NCBI RefSeq assembly: GCF_021295315.1
Contig: NZ_JAIMJA010000025.1
Coordinates: forward strand, 1 to 32,000
From: Motilimonas cestriensis
Lineage (GTDB): Bacteria; Pseudomonadota; Gammaproteobacteria; Enterobacterales; CBDFNC01
Direction of reading: 5' to 3'
DNA: 32,000 nt
The number at the start of each line of letters is the position of its first letter. Positions within the stretch are counted from its first letter, which is position 1. Position numbers and translations under genes: made by a program. The notes below the pieces were generated by a model, which had not been told where the DNA came from, made no database searches, and saw nothing but the letters and a program-made list of their open reading frames with translations. Shown here one piece after another: positions 1 through 9,512 of the stretch.

Positions 1-147
1 AAGCTGCCTTGCCCATTTATCGACGGTTGACTTGCCTAACTCTAATGACTCAGCAACCTCGCGAACTGAGCGCCCGTTATCGACAACTTCTTGGGCAACT
101 TCTAGTCGGAATTCTGGTGAATAAGTTGGTCTTGTACGTTTTGACAT
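1..147 (-). CDS. IS3-family transposase OrfA (helix-turn-helix N-terminal part); its 3' portion lies outside the window
   Basis: The reverse complement of 1-147 starts at an ATG (complement of 145-147) and reads MSKRTRPTYSPEFRLEVAQEVVDNGRSVREVAESLELGKSTVDKWARQL. This is a typical IS3/IS911-type OrfA N-terminus. It is absent from the ORF track because it runs off the window edge. Confidence 0.8.
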   Translation of the reverse strand, partial: MSKRTRPTYSPEFRLEVAQEVVDNGRSVREVAESLELGKSTVDKWARQL

Positions 148-204
148 ATTGATACCTGCTTAGTTATGGTGATCTTATCACCTCTAATCAGGTGGCCAAA
201 ATAG
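1..204 (-). mobile_element. Terminal part of an IS3-family insertion sequence; the exact end between about 150 and 205 is not resolved
   Basis: The OrfA start at 147 is followed by about 55 bp of non-coding leader. It is directly juxtaposed to a DUF2238 gene that lacks its 5' third. The terminal inverted repeat cannot be defined because the other IS end is not in the window. Confidence 0.5.
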
Positions 205-624
205 TTGTACCACTACATGCTGATGGTTGGTGGGCATTACACCTATGCTGAAGTGCCGCTGTTTGATGGCTTATTTGGCTCAGAGCGAAACAATTACGAT
301 AAGGTCGGCCATTTCTTTCAAGGCTTTGTGCCAGCTTTACTGGCTAGAGAAATATTAATACGTAAAAATGTCGTCAATGGCGATTTTTGGCGCAGTGTTA
401 TTATTGTGTCTATTTGCTTAGCCTTTAGTGCCTTCTATGAGCTAGTTGAATGGTGGGTAGCAATTGCTACTGGTGAAAATGCTGAAGCATTTCTCGGCAC
501 ACAAGGCTATGTTTGGGATACGCAATCAGACATGGGATTAGCCTTACTGGGGGCAATTTGTTCTTTGCTCGTATTATCTTCAGTTCACAACAAGCAATTG
601 CAAAAAGAATTATTTAAAGGCTAA
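205..624 (+). pseudogene. yjdF: 5'-truncated DUF2238 (YjdF-like) inner-membrane protein gene
   Basis: The ORF contains MVGGHYTYAEVPLF...RNNYDKVGHFFQGFVPALLAREIL, the central conserved block of DUF2238/YjdF. Full-length family members are about 200 aa (from memory). Here only about 139 codons remain, behind a TTG and an in-frame stop at 202-204, immediately next to the IS end. Confidence 0.55.
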
Positions 625-701
625 CGTGAGTTTACGCTAGCAGTAATGAGTGCTCGGTAAAGTACTTTTTACCTAAACGCTACTGTTATTGATCTGATTT
701 G

Positions 702-721
702 GCGGCCAAAGGCATGGCCGC
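702..721. terminator. GC-rich hairpin between the convergent yjdF remnant and the lysR-type gene
   Basis: GCGGCCA (702-708) and TGGCCGC (715-721) form a 7-bp perfect stem with a 6-nt loop. There is no clear U-tract on either strand. Confidence 0.35.
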
Positions 722-732
722 TACTTTACCCA

Positions 733-1671
733 TCATCTGTGTATTAAGCCGTGAGCAGCAATACCAATATTACCTGCGTTACTTTGTTTGTGTTGCTCCA
801 ACGTATTCATCATAAAGTCGATAAAGCGTTGACTGGCTAAACTAATAAAACGCCTAGATGGATAAACAAGATAGCATTTGCCTTCAAATGGCCCTATTTC
901 TTCAAATAGCATGATCAATTGGCCATTATCAATAAACTCTTGTACGTATGGCCGCGGCATCATAGATATACCACGCCCAGTCAGTGTTGCTTCTAAGATG
1001 GCCTCAAGATTGTTCACACATAAATTACCTTTGAGTGTTAACACCTTGTCTTCACCGATAGGGAAGTTATTAAAAATTCGGCCATTAGGGTAACGAAAAA
1101 GGATAGAGTTGTGATTAGGCAGCTCTTCGAGCGAGATAGGGACAGGTGAATTTTTAATATAGTCAGGGCTGGCGAAGAAATGTATTTTTTCGTCACATAT
1201 ATGCCGCGCAACCATCTCAGTTTCATTGAATGTGTCTTCGAGTAAAAAAGCTAAATCGATGTTATTACGGATCATATTTTGTGGTTCAGCACTGACGATT
1301 AGCTCAACTGACAGCTTTGGGTTTTGATCCATAAAGTCAAAAATCACCCGTGTGATCCACAGCTGTTCGGGAACAGGCACAATTAATATGCGTAAGTGTC
1401 CTGATACGTCGGATTTATGCCCTGTTAACTCCGTTCGGGTTTGCTCTAACGCTGCTAACAGAGGTGTCGTTTTACTGTAAAAATGGCTACCGGATGCTGT
1501 TAGAGACATAGCACGGCTTTGACGATGAAATAACTTCACGTTCAGTTCATCCTCCAGCGCTTGTAAACGGCGGCTTAAAGTCGATTTTGGTAAGTTAAGG
1601 ATATCAGCAGCCTCAACTAAACTACCGGTTTCTACAATGCGGTGAAACAGTGCAATATCTTCCGTTTTCAT
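733..1671 (-). CDS. LysR-family transcriptional regulator
   Basis: The N-terminus has the LysR winged-HTH signature (FHRIVETGSLVEAADILNLPKSTLSRRLQALEDELNVKLFHR), followed by a substrate-binding domain of about 200 aa. The gene is divergent from the efflux operon. Confidence 0.9.
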   Translation of the reverse strand: MKTEDIALFHRIVETGSLVEAADILNLPKSTLSRRLQALEDELNVKLFHRQSRAMSLTASGSHFYSKTTPLLAALEQTRTELTGHKSDVSGHLRILIVPVPEQLWITRVIFDFMDQNPKLSVELIVSAEPQNMIRNNIDLAFLLEDTFNETEMVARHICDEKIHFFASPDYIKNSPVPISLEELPNHNSILFRYPNGRIFNNFPIGEDKVLTLKGNLCVNNLEAILEATLTGRGISMMPRPYVQEFIDNGQLIMLFEEIGPFEGKCYLVYPSRRFISLASQRFIDFMMNTLEQHKQSNAGNIGIAAHGLIHR

Positions 1672-1713
1672 GTCATCACCCGACTCTTGGATAAGCGAAA
1701 TAGTAGGCTTTTC

Positions 1714-1728
1714 TGCATAACCTATGCA
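1714..1728. promoter_or_regulatory. Candidate LysR-type operator (inverted repeat TGCAT-N5-ATGCA)
   Basis: TGCATAACCTATGCA lies 43 bp upstream of the LysR start, in the divergent intergenic region. It has the dyad, AT-rich architecture typical of LysR boxes. This rests on sequence pattern only. Confidence 0.3.
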
Positions 1729-2019
1729 TATACCTCGATATGCTTAGTGTTTTCGCCCCTAAAAACGAAACTTTGCGTAAAACATACTGGTACTTAGTTG
1801 TAACCGGTTTAGGGAATACTGAGGTTATTTAACCACTCGTGCGTACTAAGCCACTTGTTTAAGTGTTAACAGTTTTACATAAAAATCACTGAGTTCAAGC
1901 TTATTTTGTCTCATTTTATGGAACTATCGGTTCCATTTGATTCCGTTTTTGTCAACTTTAATGACTGATATCGTTAACTCAACGCTAGACGATTTAGCAA
2001 TATTTATGGAGTTAATATT

Positions 2020-3102
2020 ATGAGACGTTTACTGACTAATGTTTCACTCATTGTTTTAGGGGCACTATTAATAGGTTGCAGTGCTGAGTCCCTTGAAATG
2101 ACAACAGCCACGGTAAGGCCAGTCAAATTACTTGAAATAACCGACCGCAGTGCGGATTTAACACGGGTGTTTCCAGCTAAAGTGGCTGCAACTAAGCAGG
2201 CTAAGTTAGCATTTAGGCTATCTGGCCATCTTGTTGACTTTTCATTACACGAAGGGGATACCGTGACGAAAGGCACGGTTTTGGCGCGTTTAGATAACCG
2301 TGATGCGCGTAATACGCTCTTGCATCGCGAGGCGGATTATCAATTAGCAGCTGCCGACTTTAAGCGTAAAGACCAATTATTACGCCGAAAACTGATTTCT
2401 CAAGCTGATTACGATTTGGCTAAAGCGCAAGTTAAGTCTGCAAGAGCCAGTTTAGCCAGCGGCCAAGACCAACTAAGTTACACCGATTTAATCGCCCCTT
2501 ATGACGGTATAGTGGCTAAGGTTCTCGTGGATAATTATCAAATGGTGCAGGCAGGTCAATCCATTTTAGTATTACAAGAAGGGCAATACCTTGATGTGAA
2601 AATCCAAGTTCCCGAGTCTTTTGTTAACAACCTCCAACACTTTAAAGTCAATGCGCAAGGTCAGGCAAGTGTAAGGTTTGCGATCAACCCAGACTTAACG
2701 TTGCCGGTGAAGCTGAAAGAATATTCCTCGCAAATTACGCCAGGTACGCAAAGCTATGAGGTGGTGTTTACTTTGCCCCAACCAGAAGACATGGCCGTGC
2801 TGCCTGGCATGAGTGCTGAAGTGATCATGGATATACCCGCAAGCCAATCAAGTACTGTGGCTGCCATTTTACCTGTTAACGCGATCATGAAACGCGACCA
2901 TGACGGCAAGAGTGTGGTATGGATTTTTGATACAAGTAGCGGCACAGTTAATTCACGCCAAGTAAGCCTAGGCAAGGTAACCAATAAGGGCATTGAAGTG
3001 ACTCATGGTGTGAGAGGTGGAGACAAAGTGGTGGTTGCAGGTGTGCAATTTTTAGCGGAAGGCTTAAATGTTAAGCCCCTGCGCAGACAGCGAGGGGTGT
3101 AG
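2020..3102 (+). CDS. RND efflux periplasmic adaptor (membrane-fusion protein, HlyD/AcrA family), lipoprotein
   Basis: A lipobox is present (LGALLIGC). The coiled-coil hairpin region (RKDQLLRRKLISQADYDLAKAQVKSARASLA) and beta-barrel segments are typical of MFPs. GGAG lies 8 nt upstream of the ATG. Confidence 0.88.
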   Translation: MRRLLTNVSLIVLGALLIGCSAESLEMTTATVRPVKLLEITDRSADLTRVFPAKVAATKQAKLAFRLSGHLVDFSLHEGDTVTKGTVLARLDNRDARNTLLHREADYQLAAADFKRKDQLLRRKLISQADYDLAKAQVKSARASLASGQDQLSYTDLIAPYDGIVAKVLVDNYQMVQAGQSILVLQEGQYLDVKIQVPESFVNNLQHFKVNAQGQASVRFAINPDLTLPVKLKEYSSQITPGTQSYEVVFTLPQPEDMAVLPGMSAEVIMDIPASQSSTVAAILPVNAIMKRDHDGKSVVWIFDTSSGTVNSRQVSLGKVTNKGIEVTHGVRGGDKVVVAGVQFLAEGLNVKPLRRQRGV

Positions 3103-3215
3103 TGAATGTTATCTATTCGTTTTGCACTTCTCTGCTCGCTGTTTAGCCAGCACTTTAGCTCACCATGCAGCAACTTGCAGTTAAGCCGTTATGTTACTAG
3201 AGCGAGGTATAATGG

Positions 3216-6200
3216 ATGAATTTTGCCGAATATTCTATTACGCACAAAGTGATCAGTTGGATGTTTACTTTGCTACTGCTCGTTGGTGGAACCGTATCAT
3301 TTTTTCAATTAGGTCAGTTAGAATTTCCTGAGTTTACGATCAAACAGGCATTGGTTGTCACCGCTTATCCTGGCGCGTCTCCCGAGCAGGTCGAGGAAGA
3401 GGTGACGCTGCCCATTGAAGACGCATTACAGCAGCTGGAGGGAGTAAAACATATTACTTCGGTCAACAGTGCTGGCTTGTCGCAAATAGAAATTGAAATG
3501 GCCGCACATTTTGGACCCGATGAACTTCCGCAAATATGGGATGAAGTGCGCCGAAAAGTAAATGATATGTCGGACACTTTGCCGAAAGGGGTGATGACGC
3601 CAAAAGTAATAGATGATTTCGGTGATGTTTATGGCATTTTGTTAAACCTGACTGGTCAGGGCTACAGTGATCGAGAATTGCAAAATTATGCTGATTTTTT
3701 AAGACGCGAATTGGTACTGATTAAAGGCGTAAAAAAAGTCACTATCGCAGGCAAGGTGATGGATCAGGTCGTGGTCGAAATTTCTCAGCAAAAGCTTAAT
3801 GCGCTTGGCCTTGACCAAGATTATATCTATAGCATGCTTCAACGTCAGAATGTGGTTTCAAACGCGGGGAGTGCCCGTGTTGGTAATCATCGTATTCGTC
3901 TCCATCCAACAGGGGAGTTTGATAACTTAGCGCAAATGGAGCGTTTACTTATTAGCCCGCCTAGCAGTGATAAGCTCATCTATCTTGGCGATATAGCTGA
4001 AATTTACAAGGATACCCAAGAGCAGCCTGCTAATATTTATCACTCCGCTGGCAATCAAGCGTTGTCAGTGGGGATCGCCTTTTCTAGTGGGGTAAATGTT
4101 GTTGATGTTGGCGCCGCTGTCAATGCGCGAATGATAGCGCTTAATAGTGAATTGCCAATGGGTATGGCGCTTACCACTGTGTACGATCAAAGCAAAATTG
4201 TTGATGAAACCGTGCGTGGCTTTTTAATTAATTTAGCCGAATCTATTGGTATAGTGATTGTTGTTTTGCTCATCTTTATGGGACTGCGATCAGGGTTGCT
4301 GATGGGAGTAGTATTATTACTCACGATCCTAGGTACCTTTATTGTGATGAATATACTCAATATTGAGTTACAAATAATCTCATTAGGCGCTCTGATCATT
4401 GCACTTGGTATGCTGGTTGATAATGCTATTGTTGTTACCGAAGGCATTCTCATTGGGATCAAACGCGGTAAAAGTCGTTTGGAAACAGCGAAGCAAGTGG
4501 TTTCGCAAACACAATGGCCGCTATTGGGGGCAACGATTATTGCCATCATGGCGTTTGCACCCATTGGTTTAACCGATACTGCCACGGGTGAATTTTGTCG
4601 TTCATTATTTCAAGTGCTATTAATTTCACTGTTTATCAGCTGGATCACCGCGATGACGTTAACACCTTTTTTCTGTCATCTGCTTTTTAAGGACGGCATT
4701 GTTAACAAAGGAGACGAAAGCGACCCATACAAGGGGATTTTGTTTACGGTTTTCCGTCAGGTATTAACCCTCGCCATGAGGTTTCGCTGGGTCACACTAT
4801 CCCTCGTCATGGTGGCATTGGTGTTGGCCGTGATTGGTTTTGGTCAGGTCAAGCAAGTTTTTTTCCCTGCTTCAAATACCCCGATTTTCTTTGTCGATGT
4901 GTGGATGCCTGAAGGCACAGATATCAGAGCAACAGAGCAGCATATATCGCGTATTGAAAGCGATATTATGCAGCAACAAACTCGCAATGATATTGGTTTA
5001 GTCAATTTATCGTCCGTGATTGGTCAAGGCGCACAACGCTTTAATTTGTCTTACATGCCTGAAAAAGGCTACAGCGCTTATGGCCAAATAATTATTGAGA
5101 TGGCTGATTTAACAGCACTTAATAAGTTTATGAGGACATTAGAAAATGACTTGAGTTTCACATACCCACAAGCTCAGTATCGTTTTAAATATATGGAAAA
5201 TGGTCCCGCGCCTGCTGCTAAACTTGAAGCTCGATTTTTTGGCGATGATCCTAAGGTGTTACGCGAACTGGCGGCGCAAGCTAGCGCGATATTTAATGCC
5301 GAGCCCACCGCTGTCGGTGTACGTCATAATTGGCGTAATCAATCCACATTGATTCGTCCGCAGATATCTTTAGCGCAAGCCAGAGAAGCAGGGATCAGTA
5401 AACAAGATTTAGATGATGCATTACTGGTGAACTTTAGCGGAAAAAGGATTGGTACCTATCGAGATAATAGCCATCTTTTACCTATCATCGCCAGAGCGCC
5501 AGCTAGCGAAAGGCTAAACGTAGATAGCATTTCTGAAATACAAGTATGGAGCTCAGACAACAATACTTTTGTACCTATTACTCAAGTTGTTTCTAACTTT
5601 GACACTGAATGGGAAAACCCATTGATTATGCGCCGTGACCGAAAACGTGTTATTTCGGTACTGGCTGATCCCGTGAATGGCCAAGGTGAAACATCAGACT
5701 CTGTACTTAATAAGATAAAGGCGGATATAGAAGCGATTGAATTACCAGCCGGTTATGGCTTTGAATGGGGCGGCGAGCGTGAAATTTCCAAAGAAGCAGA
5801 AGCTGGGGTGTTTGGTTCAATTCCATTAGGGTTTCTCGCGATGTTTATCATCACAGTGATCTTGTTTAACTCGATTAAGCAAACATTCGTGATATGGTTT
5901 ACAGTGCCGTTGGCAATGATCGGCGTGGCGTCGGGTTTATTGTTATTTGACGCGCCATTTTCTTTTATGGCGATGCTTGGCATATTAAGCCTAAATGGGA
6001 TGATCATTAAAAATGGTATCGTGCTAGTTGATCAGATTAATTTAGAGTTAAGTGAAGGCAAACAGGCATACCAAGCAGTTATTGACTCAACTATCAGTCG
6101 GGTTCGGCCGGTATTAATGGCAGCGATAACGACTATGCTTGGCATGCTGCCTTTGTTAAACGATGCTTTCTTCGGCTCAATGGCTATTACTATTATTTTT

Positions 6201-6302
6201 GGTTTAGGCTTTGCGTCAGTGTTAACACTTATCGTATTGCCAGTTACCTATACATTAATGTTTCGTGACCAATGTCAACCTAGGTTGCCACAGGGAGAAT
6301 AG
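3216..6302 (+). CDS. RND efflux permease (AcrB/AcrD/AcrF superfamily)
   Basis: The protein is 1028 aa. Its N-terminus (MNFAEYSITHKVISWMFTLLLLVGG...PEFTIKQALVVTAYPGASPEQVE) and the 12-TM, two-large-loop architecture are characteristic of RND pumps. Confidence 0.93.
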   Translation: MNFAEYSITHKVISWMFTLLLLVGGTVSFFQLGQLEFPEFTIKQALVVTAYPGASPEQVEEEVTLPIEDALQQLEGVKHITSVNSAGLSQIEIEMAAHFGPDELPQIWDEVRRKVNDMSDTLPKGVMTPKVIDDFGDVYGILLNLTGQGYSDRELQNYADFLRRELVLIKGVKKVTIAGKVMDQVVVEISQQKLNALGLDQDYIYSMLQRQNVVSNAGSARVGNHRIRLHPTGEFDNLAQMERLLISPPSSDKLIYLGDIAEIYKDTQEQPANIYHSAGNQALSVGIAFSSGVNVVDVGAAVNARMIALNSELPMGMALTTVYDQSKIVDETVRGFLINLAESIGIVIVVLLIFMGLRSGLLMGVVLLLTILGTFIVMNILNIELQIISLGALIIALGMLVDNAIVVTEGILIGIKRGKSRLETAKQVVSQTQWPLLGATIIAIMAFAPIGLTDTATGEFCRSLFQVLLISLFISWITAMTLTPFFCHLLFKDGIVNKGDESDPYKGILFTVFRQVLTLAMRFRWVTLSLVMVALVLAVIGFGQVKQVFFPASNTPIFFVDVWMPEGTDIRATEQHISRIESDIMQQQTRNDIGLVNLSSVIGQGAQRFNLSYMPEKGYSAYGQIIIEMADLTALNKFMRTLENDLSFTYPQAQYRFKYMENGPAPAAKLEARFFGDDPKVLRELAAQASAIFNAEPTAVGVRHNWRNQSTLIRPQISLAQAREAGISKQDLDDALLVNFSGKRIGTYRDNSHLLPIIARAPASERLNVDSISEIQVWSSDNNTFVPITQVVSNFDTEWENPLIMRRDRKRVISVLADPVNGQGETSDSVLNKIKADIEAIELPAGYGFEWGGEREISKEAEAGVFGSIPLGFLAMFIITVILFNSIKQTFVIWFTVPLAMIGVASGLLLFDAPFSFMAMLGILSLNGMIIKNGIVLVDQINLELSEGKQAYQAVIDSTISRVRPVLMAAITTMLGMLPLLNDAFFGSMAITIIFGLGFASVLTLIVLPVTYTLMFRDQCQPRLPQGE

Positions 6303-6393
6303 CCCAGCATCAAACGCTAGGCGGATAAGGCTAATGTATCTCTTACCTGATTTTATTTTACCCTTAAATTTATCGCGCATGAGGATGTAAACA

Positions 6394-7320
6394 ATGCATA
6401 AACGACTATTAGACTGTAGCGCTTCCGAGCTAAATGCCTTAGACAAAAATGAGCTGCTTTATGCCATTAAAGCAAGCGAAGGGCGAGTGTTGGTGAGTGA
6501 AAACATTGTGATTACCTCGCCTTTATTAACGCAAGTTACCAATGCTGAGTTAGCCGCTTCTCAGGGGGCGGATTTATTGCTGCTTAATATGTTTGATGCA
6601 GAAAACCCGGTCATTAATGGTATGCCTGAGAATATTGCGCCGACTGATCTCATCACCGAATTAAAGCGGCTAACTGGCAGGGTGATAGGGGTTAATTTAG
6701 AGGCCGTCGACCCTGAATTTGCGCAGCAGCATGATGAAATTTGGCAGATGAGCAGTGGCCGTGTGGCAAATGCCGAGAACGCACAAAAGCTTTATGATAT
6801 GGGCGTGCGGTTTATTGTGATCACCGGAAACCCCAATAATGGCGTCAGTAACCGTGCTATTAGCCATGCTTTACAACAGATCCACTCTGTGGTTGGCGAT
6901 AAGCTCGTTATCATCACAGGAAAGATGCACGGGGCAGGGGTGGTGAGTGAAAGTGGCGCAAAAATCATTACCGGTGAAGATGTCAGTCGATTTGCAAAAA
7001 ATGGTGCCGACATTATTCTTGTTCCGGCACCGGGAACCGTGCCGGGCATGAGCCAAGATTATGTGAGCGAGCTCATTAATGTCGCGCATCAACACAAGGT
7101 AATGGCAATGACGGCGATTGGCACCTCCCAAGAAGGCGCAGACGTAAGTACAATCAGACAGATAGCGCTAATGAGTAAAATGGCGGGAGCCGATTTACAC
7201 CATATTGGCGATACCGGGTACATGGGGATGGCGCTTCCTGAAAACATTCAGGCCTACAGCGTTGTCATAAGAGGCATCAGACATACCTATACGCGCATAG
7301 CTCGTTCAATTAATCGTTAA
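6394..7320 (+). CDS. Conserved hypothetical protein with an alternating beta/alpha (TIM-barrel-like) pattern; function unknown
   Basis: This is a 308-aa ORF with coding-like composition and repeated hydrophobic-strand/helix periodicity (LLLLNMF, VIGVNLE, FIVITGN, LVIITGK, IILVPAPG, VMAMTAIG). I do not recognise a named family with confidence. Confidence 0.6.
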   Translation: MHKRLLDCSASELNALDKNELLYAIKASEGRVLVSENIVITSPLLTQVTNAELAASQGADLLLLNMFDAENPVINGMPENIAPTDLITELKRLTGRVIGVNLEAVDPEFAQQHDEIWQMSSGRVANAENAQKLYDMGVRFIVITGNPNNGVSNRAISHALQQIHSVVGDKLVIITGKMHGAGVVSESGAKIITGEDVSRFAKNGADIILVPAPGTVPGMSQDYVSELINVAHQHKVMAMTAIGTSQEGADVSTIRQIALMSKMAGADLHHIGDTGYMGMALPENIQAYSVVIRGIRHTYTRIARSINR

Positions 7321-7466
7321 TAGAGCATTATTGTTATTAACATTCATGGGCCCAAGTTTAATTAGAACAACTTGTTATCGATTTTTTCATGAATATAGTC
7401 AAATAATTATAGGTCGGTTGCGTTTATTAGCGGTGCCTAACCACAAAGAAATCAAGGGGAGCAACA

Positions 7467-8612
7467 GTGTCAACGCAAGCAGGGATTTTGTATGGCTGGG
7501 GAGCTAATCATTGTGGTCAACTTGGTTCGGGTCCTGGCGAGGATATCGCTAAACCGATTGTGATCCCTCATTTACCCCCGGTATGTAAAGTTTATACGGC
7601 AGCAATGCAAGCCTATGCGATTGATGAGCAAGGTAAGGTTTGGTCTTGGGGCTGGGATGCTTATTCCGGTCTACTGGGGCGAGGTGATGTAAAAGGCCAA
7701 GCAAGTTGGCTGCCAGCGTCCCTTAGACAAAAAGGGTCCACTGGCAATGAGTTACCTCAAGGCGATGGTGGTGTGGCAACTCCAGCCATGATTGAAAATC
7801 TTAATGACATCGCGATGCTGGCTTGTTGCAGTGAAAGCACTATTGCGCTTAGTAATAATGGCTCAGTCTGGGCTTGGGGAGAACAGCAGTCAGTTGGTTC
7901 GCCATCTGTAAATAGACGTTTCCCCACAAAAATTGAAGGGTTAGAAGGCATTGTTGAAGTGTTTGCTTCTAATGGTGGCTCATGTTTTTACGCACTTGAT
8001 GAGCTCGGCAAGGTTTGGTCTTGGGGTGGAGGCTATGAAGGAGAGCTTGGACACGGTAAGCGGCGCAATCAGCCTAAACCCGAGATCATTCCGGGCATTG
8101 AGCACCCTAAACAACTGGCGCCGGGAAACTATTGTTGCTGGTTTTTAGATCAGCAAAACCAGTTATATTTTTGGGGCAATGGACAAAGTGTTGATATCCA
8201 ACACAAAGGCACCCTAAGAATTAAAGAGCCCTTGAAGATTGACCGTTTTGAACAACCTACGCGCCTTTACGTTAATGAACATTATCATTTTATCCGTTTA
8301 GCTAATGGCAATTTAATTACGCCGGTAGGTGATTTAGTCGAGGAGTTGTTTGATTGGCAGCTTGATACAACTAATCCCATGCGTCTAACACCCATAGAGC
8401 AGTTTGAAGAGATAAATATGGGGGCCGATCATGGATTAGCCCTTGACCGTGATGGCAAACTCTTCGCTTTCGGCGATGCCTCACAAGGTGCATTGGGTAA
8501 TGGTATCACCGAAGAGCAACGCTTTTATTTGCCTACTGCGGTGCCACTTAATGGTAGGGTTATTCAAGTTAGAGCGGGGCAAAATTGTTCTTTTGCGATT
8601 ATCAATCAGTAA
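7467..8612 (+). CDS. RCC1-repeat (seven-bladed beta-propeller-like) protein, no signal peptide
   Basis: RCC1 signatures recur: YGWGANHCGQLG, VWSWGWDAYSGLLG, VWAWGEQQSVG, VWSWGGGYEGELGHG, LYFWGNG, LFAFGDASQGALGNG. The GTG start is preceded by AAGGGGAG. Confidence 0.85.
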   Translation: MSTQAGILYGWGANHCGQLGSGPGEDIAKPIVIPHLPPVCKVYTAAMQAYAIDEQGKVWSWGWDAYSGLLGRGDVKGQASWLPASLRQKGSTGNELPQGDGGVATPAMIENLNDIAMLACCSESTIALSNNGSVWAWGEQQSVGSPSVNRRFPTKIEGLEGIVEVFASNGGSCFYALDELGKVWSWGGGYEGELGHGKRRNQPKPEIIPGIEHPKQLAPGNYCCWFLDQQNQLYFWGNGQSVDIQHKGTLRIKEPLKIDRFEQPTRLYVNEHYHFIRLANGNLITPVGDLVEELFDWQLDTTNPMRLTPIEQFEEINMGADHGLALDRDGKLFAFGDASQGALGNGITEEQRFYLPTAVPLNGRVIQVRAGQNCSFAIINQ

Positions 8613-8643
8613 AAAAATGTGCTGTGAATATCGGCGTGATTGC

Positions 8644-8678
8644 TTGGCTTCAGTGATTTAATTTAAAGCTGAAGCCAA
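8644..8678. terminator. Hairpin between the convergent RCC1 and RidA genes
   Basis: TTGGCTTCAG (8644-8653) and CTGAAGCCAA (8669-8678) form a perfect 10-bp stem with a 15-nt AT-rich loop. Confidence 0.5.
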
Positions 8679-8688
8679 ACCGTTTACC

Positions 8689-9042
8689 TTAGGCATTTAT
8701 TTCAGCCGCAATGACTGAAATTTCAACCAGTAACGCTTCGCGGGCCATGTTCGCAGTGACACAAGCGCGAGCGGGGGCGTGGCCAGGCTCAACCCAGTTG
8801 TCCCATACTTCATTCATGGCGGCAAAGTCGTCCATGGTTTTAAGGTAGATAGTGGCCGAAAGCATATGCTGTTTGTCACTGCCAGATTGCAGCAGTAGCG
8901 TCTCAACTTTATTTAGCATGGTTTGGGTTTGCTCGGTAATGTCTTTACTAGCGTCAGCACACACTTGACCACAAAGATAAATAGTGCCGTTGTGTTTTAC
9001 AATTCGGCTCATGCGTTGCTTAGTTTCTTGGCGCTCTATCAT
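8689..9042 (-). CDS. RidA/YjgF/L-PSP family protein (YoaB-like subgroup)
   Basis: The sequence [14 protein letters not shown]...[25 protein letters not shown]...VEISVIAA matches the RidA fold and the conserved C-terminal motif. The true start could be the internal Met at 9012. Confidence 0.85.
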   Translation of the reverse strand: MIERQETKQRMSRIVKHNGTIYLCGQVCADASKDITEQTQTMLNKVETLLLQSGSDKQHMLSATIYLKTMDDFAAMNEVWDNWVEPGHAPARACVTANMAREALLVEISVIAAEINA

Positions 9043-9144
9043 TTTTATTTCTTATTCGCTGTTATGATTGCGAGCAGTTTAGCAACATAAAATAAGATGT
9101 CTAGCCAAGTACCGGCAAGCTTAAAGTGGATTAAGGCAGGATCA

Positions 9145-9453
9145 ATGAAGCTTATTTACACCCATGAAAACCGTTTATTAGTGAATAATGTGAAAAACTT
9201 GCTTGAACAAGCAGGGATAGAAACCCTCTTAAAAAATGAATTTAGCCAAGGTGGCATGGGTGAGTTGGCAATCTTTGACTGTTGGCCAGAGCTTTGGATC
9301 ACCCAAGAAGGCAAGCTCGAGCGAGCCAAGCAGTTAGTGTATGACATCACCCACGCCAAGGAACAACCGAGTTGGTTTTGCCGTGAATGTGATGAAGAAA
9401 ACGATGCCAGCTTTGAAACGTGCTGGCAGTGTCAACATAATAAGCCGGAATAA
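9145..9453 (+). CDS. DUF2007 (putative signal-transducing) domain protein with a C-terminal Cys4 zinc-ribbon
   Basis: MKLIYTHENRLLVNNVKNLLEQAGIETLLKNE is a typical DUF2007 start. The C-terminus has CRECDEEN...CWQC. I prefer the ATG at 9145 (AGGCAGGA upstream) over the track start at 9097. Confidence 0.7.
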   Translation: MKLIYTHENRLLVNNVKNLLEQAGIETLLKNEFSQGGMGELAIFDCWPELWITQEGKLERAKQLVYDITHAKEQPSWFCRECDEENDASFETCWQCQHNKPE

Positions 9454-9512
9454 AGCATTACTTAATCAGGCGGGCTATAAATAGGCGAGTGCCAACTCAT
9501 GTACTCATAAAA

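Noticed and set aside
878-1226. ORFs at 878-1093 (plus) and 1038-1226 (minus, alternative frame).
   Set aside because: They are embedded in the LysR regulator gene, either antisense or out of frame, and have no independent support.
1797-1804. GTTGTAAC, the 8-bp core of the E. coli Ter consensus, in the LysR/efflux intergenic region.
   Set aside because: The flanks do not match the Ter consensus: the upstream TAT, the G6 position and the downstream TAAAG are all absent. About one such 8-mer is expected by chance in 64 kb of two-strand sequence. It is also 11 kb from tus, so it is not credible without a PWM or ChIP test.
9097-9144. The upstream extension of the DUF2007 ORF (MSSQVPASLKWIKAGS).
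   Set aside because: DUF2007 proteins typically begin at the MKxxY strand. The internal ATG at 9145 has a better ribosome-binding context, so I prefer it, although the longer form cannot be excluded.
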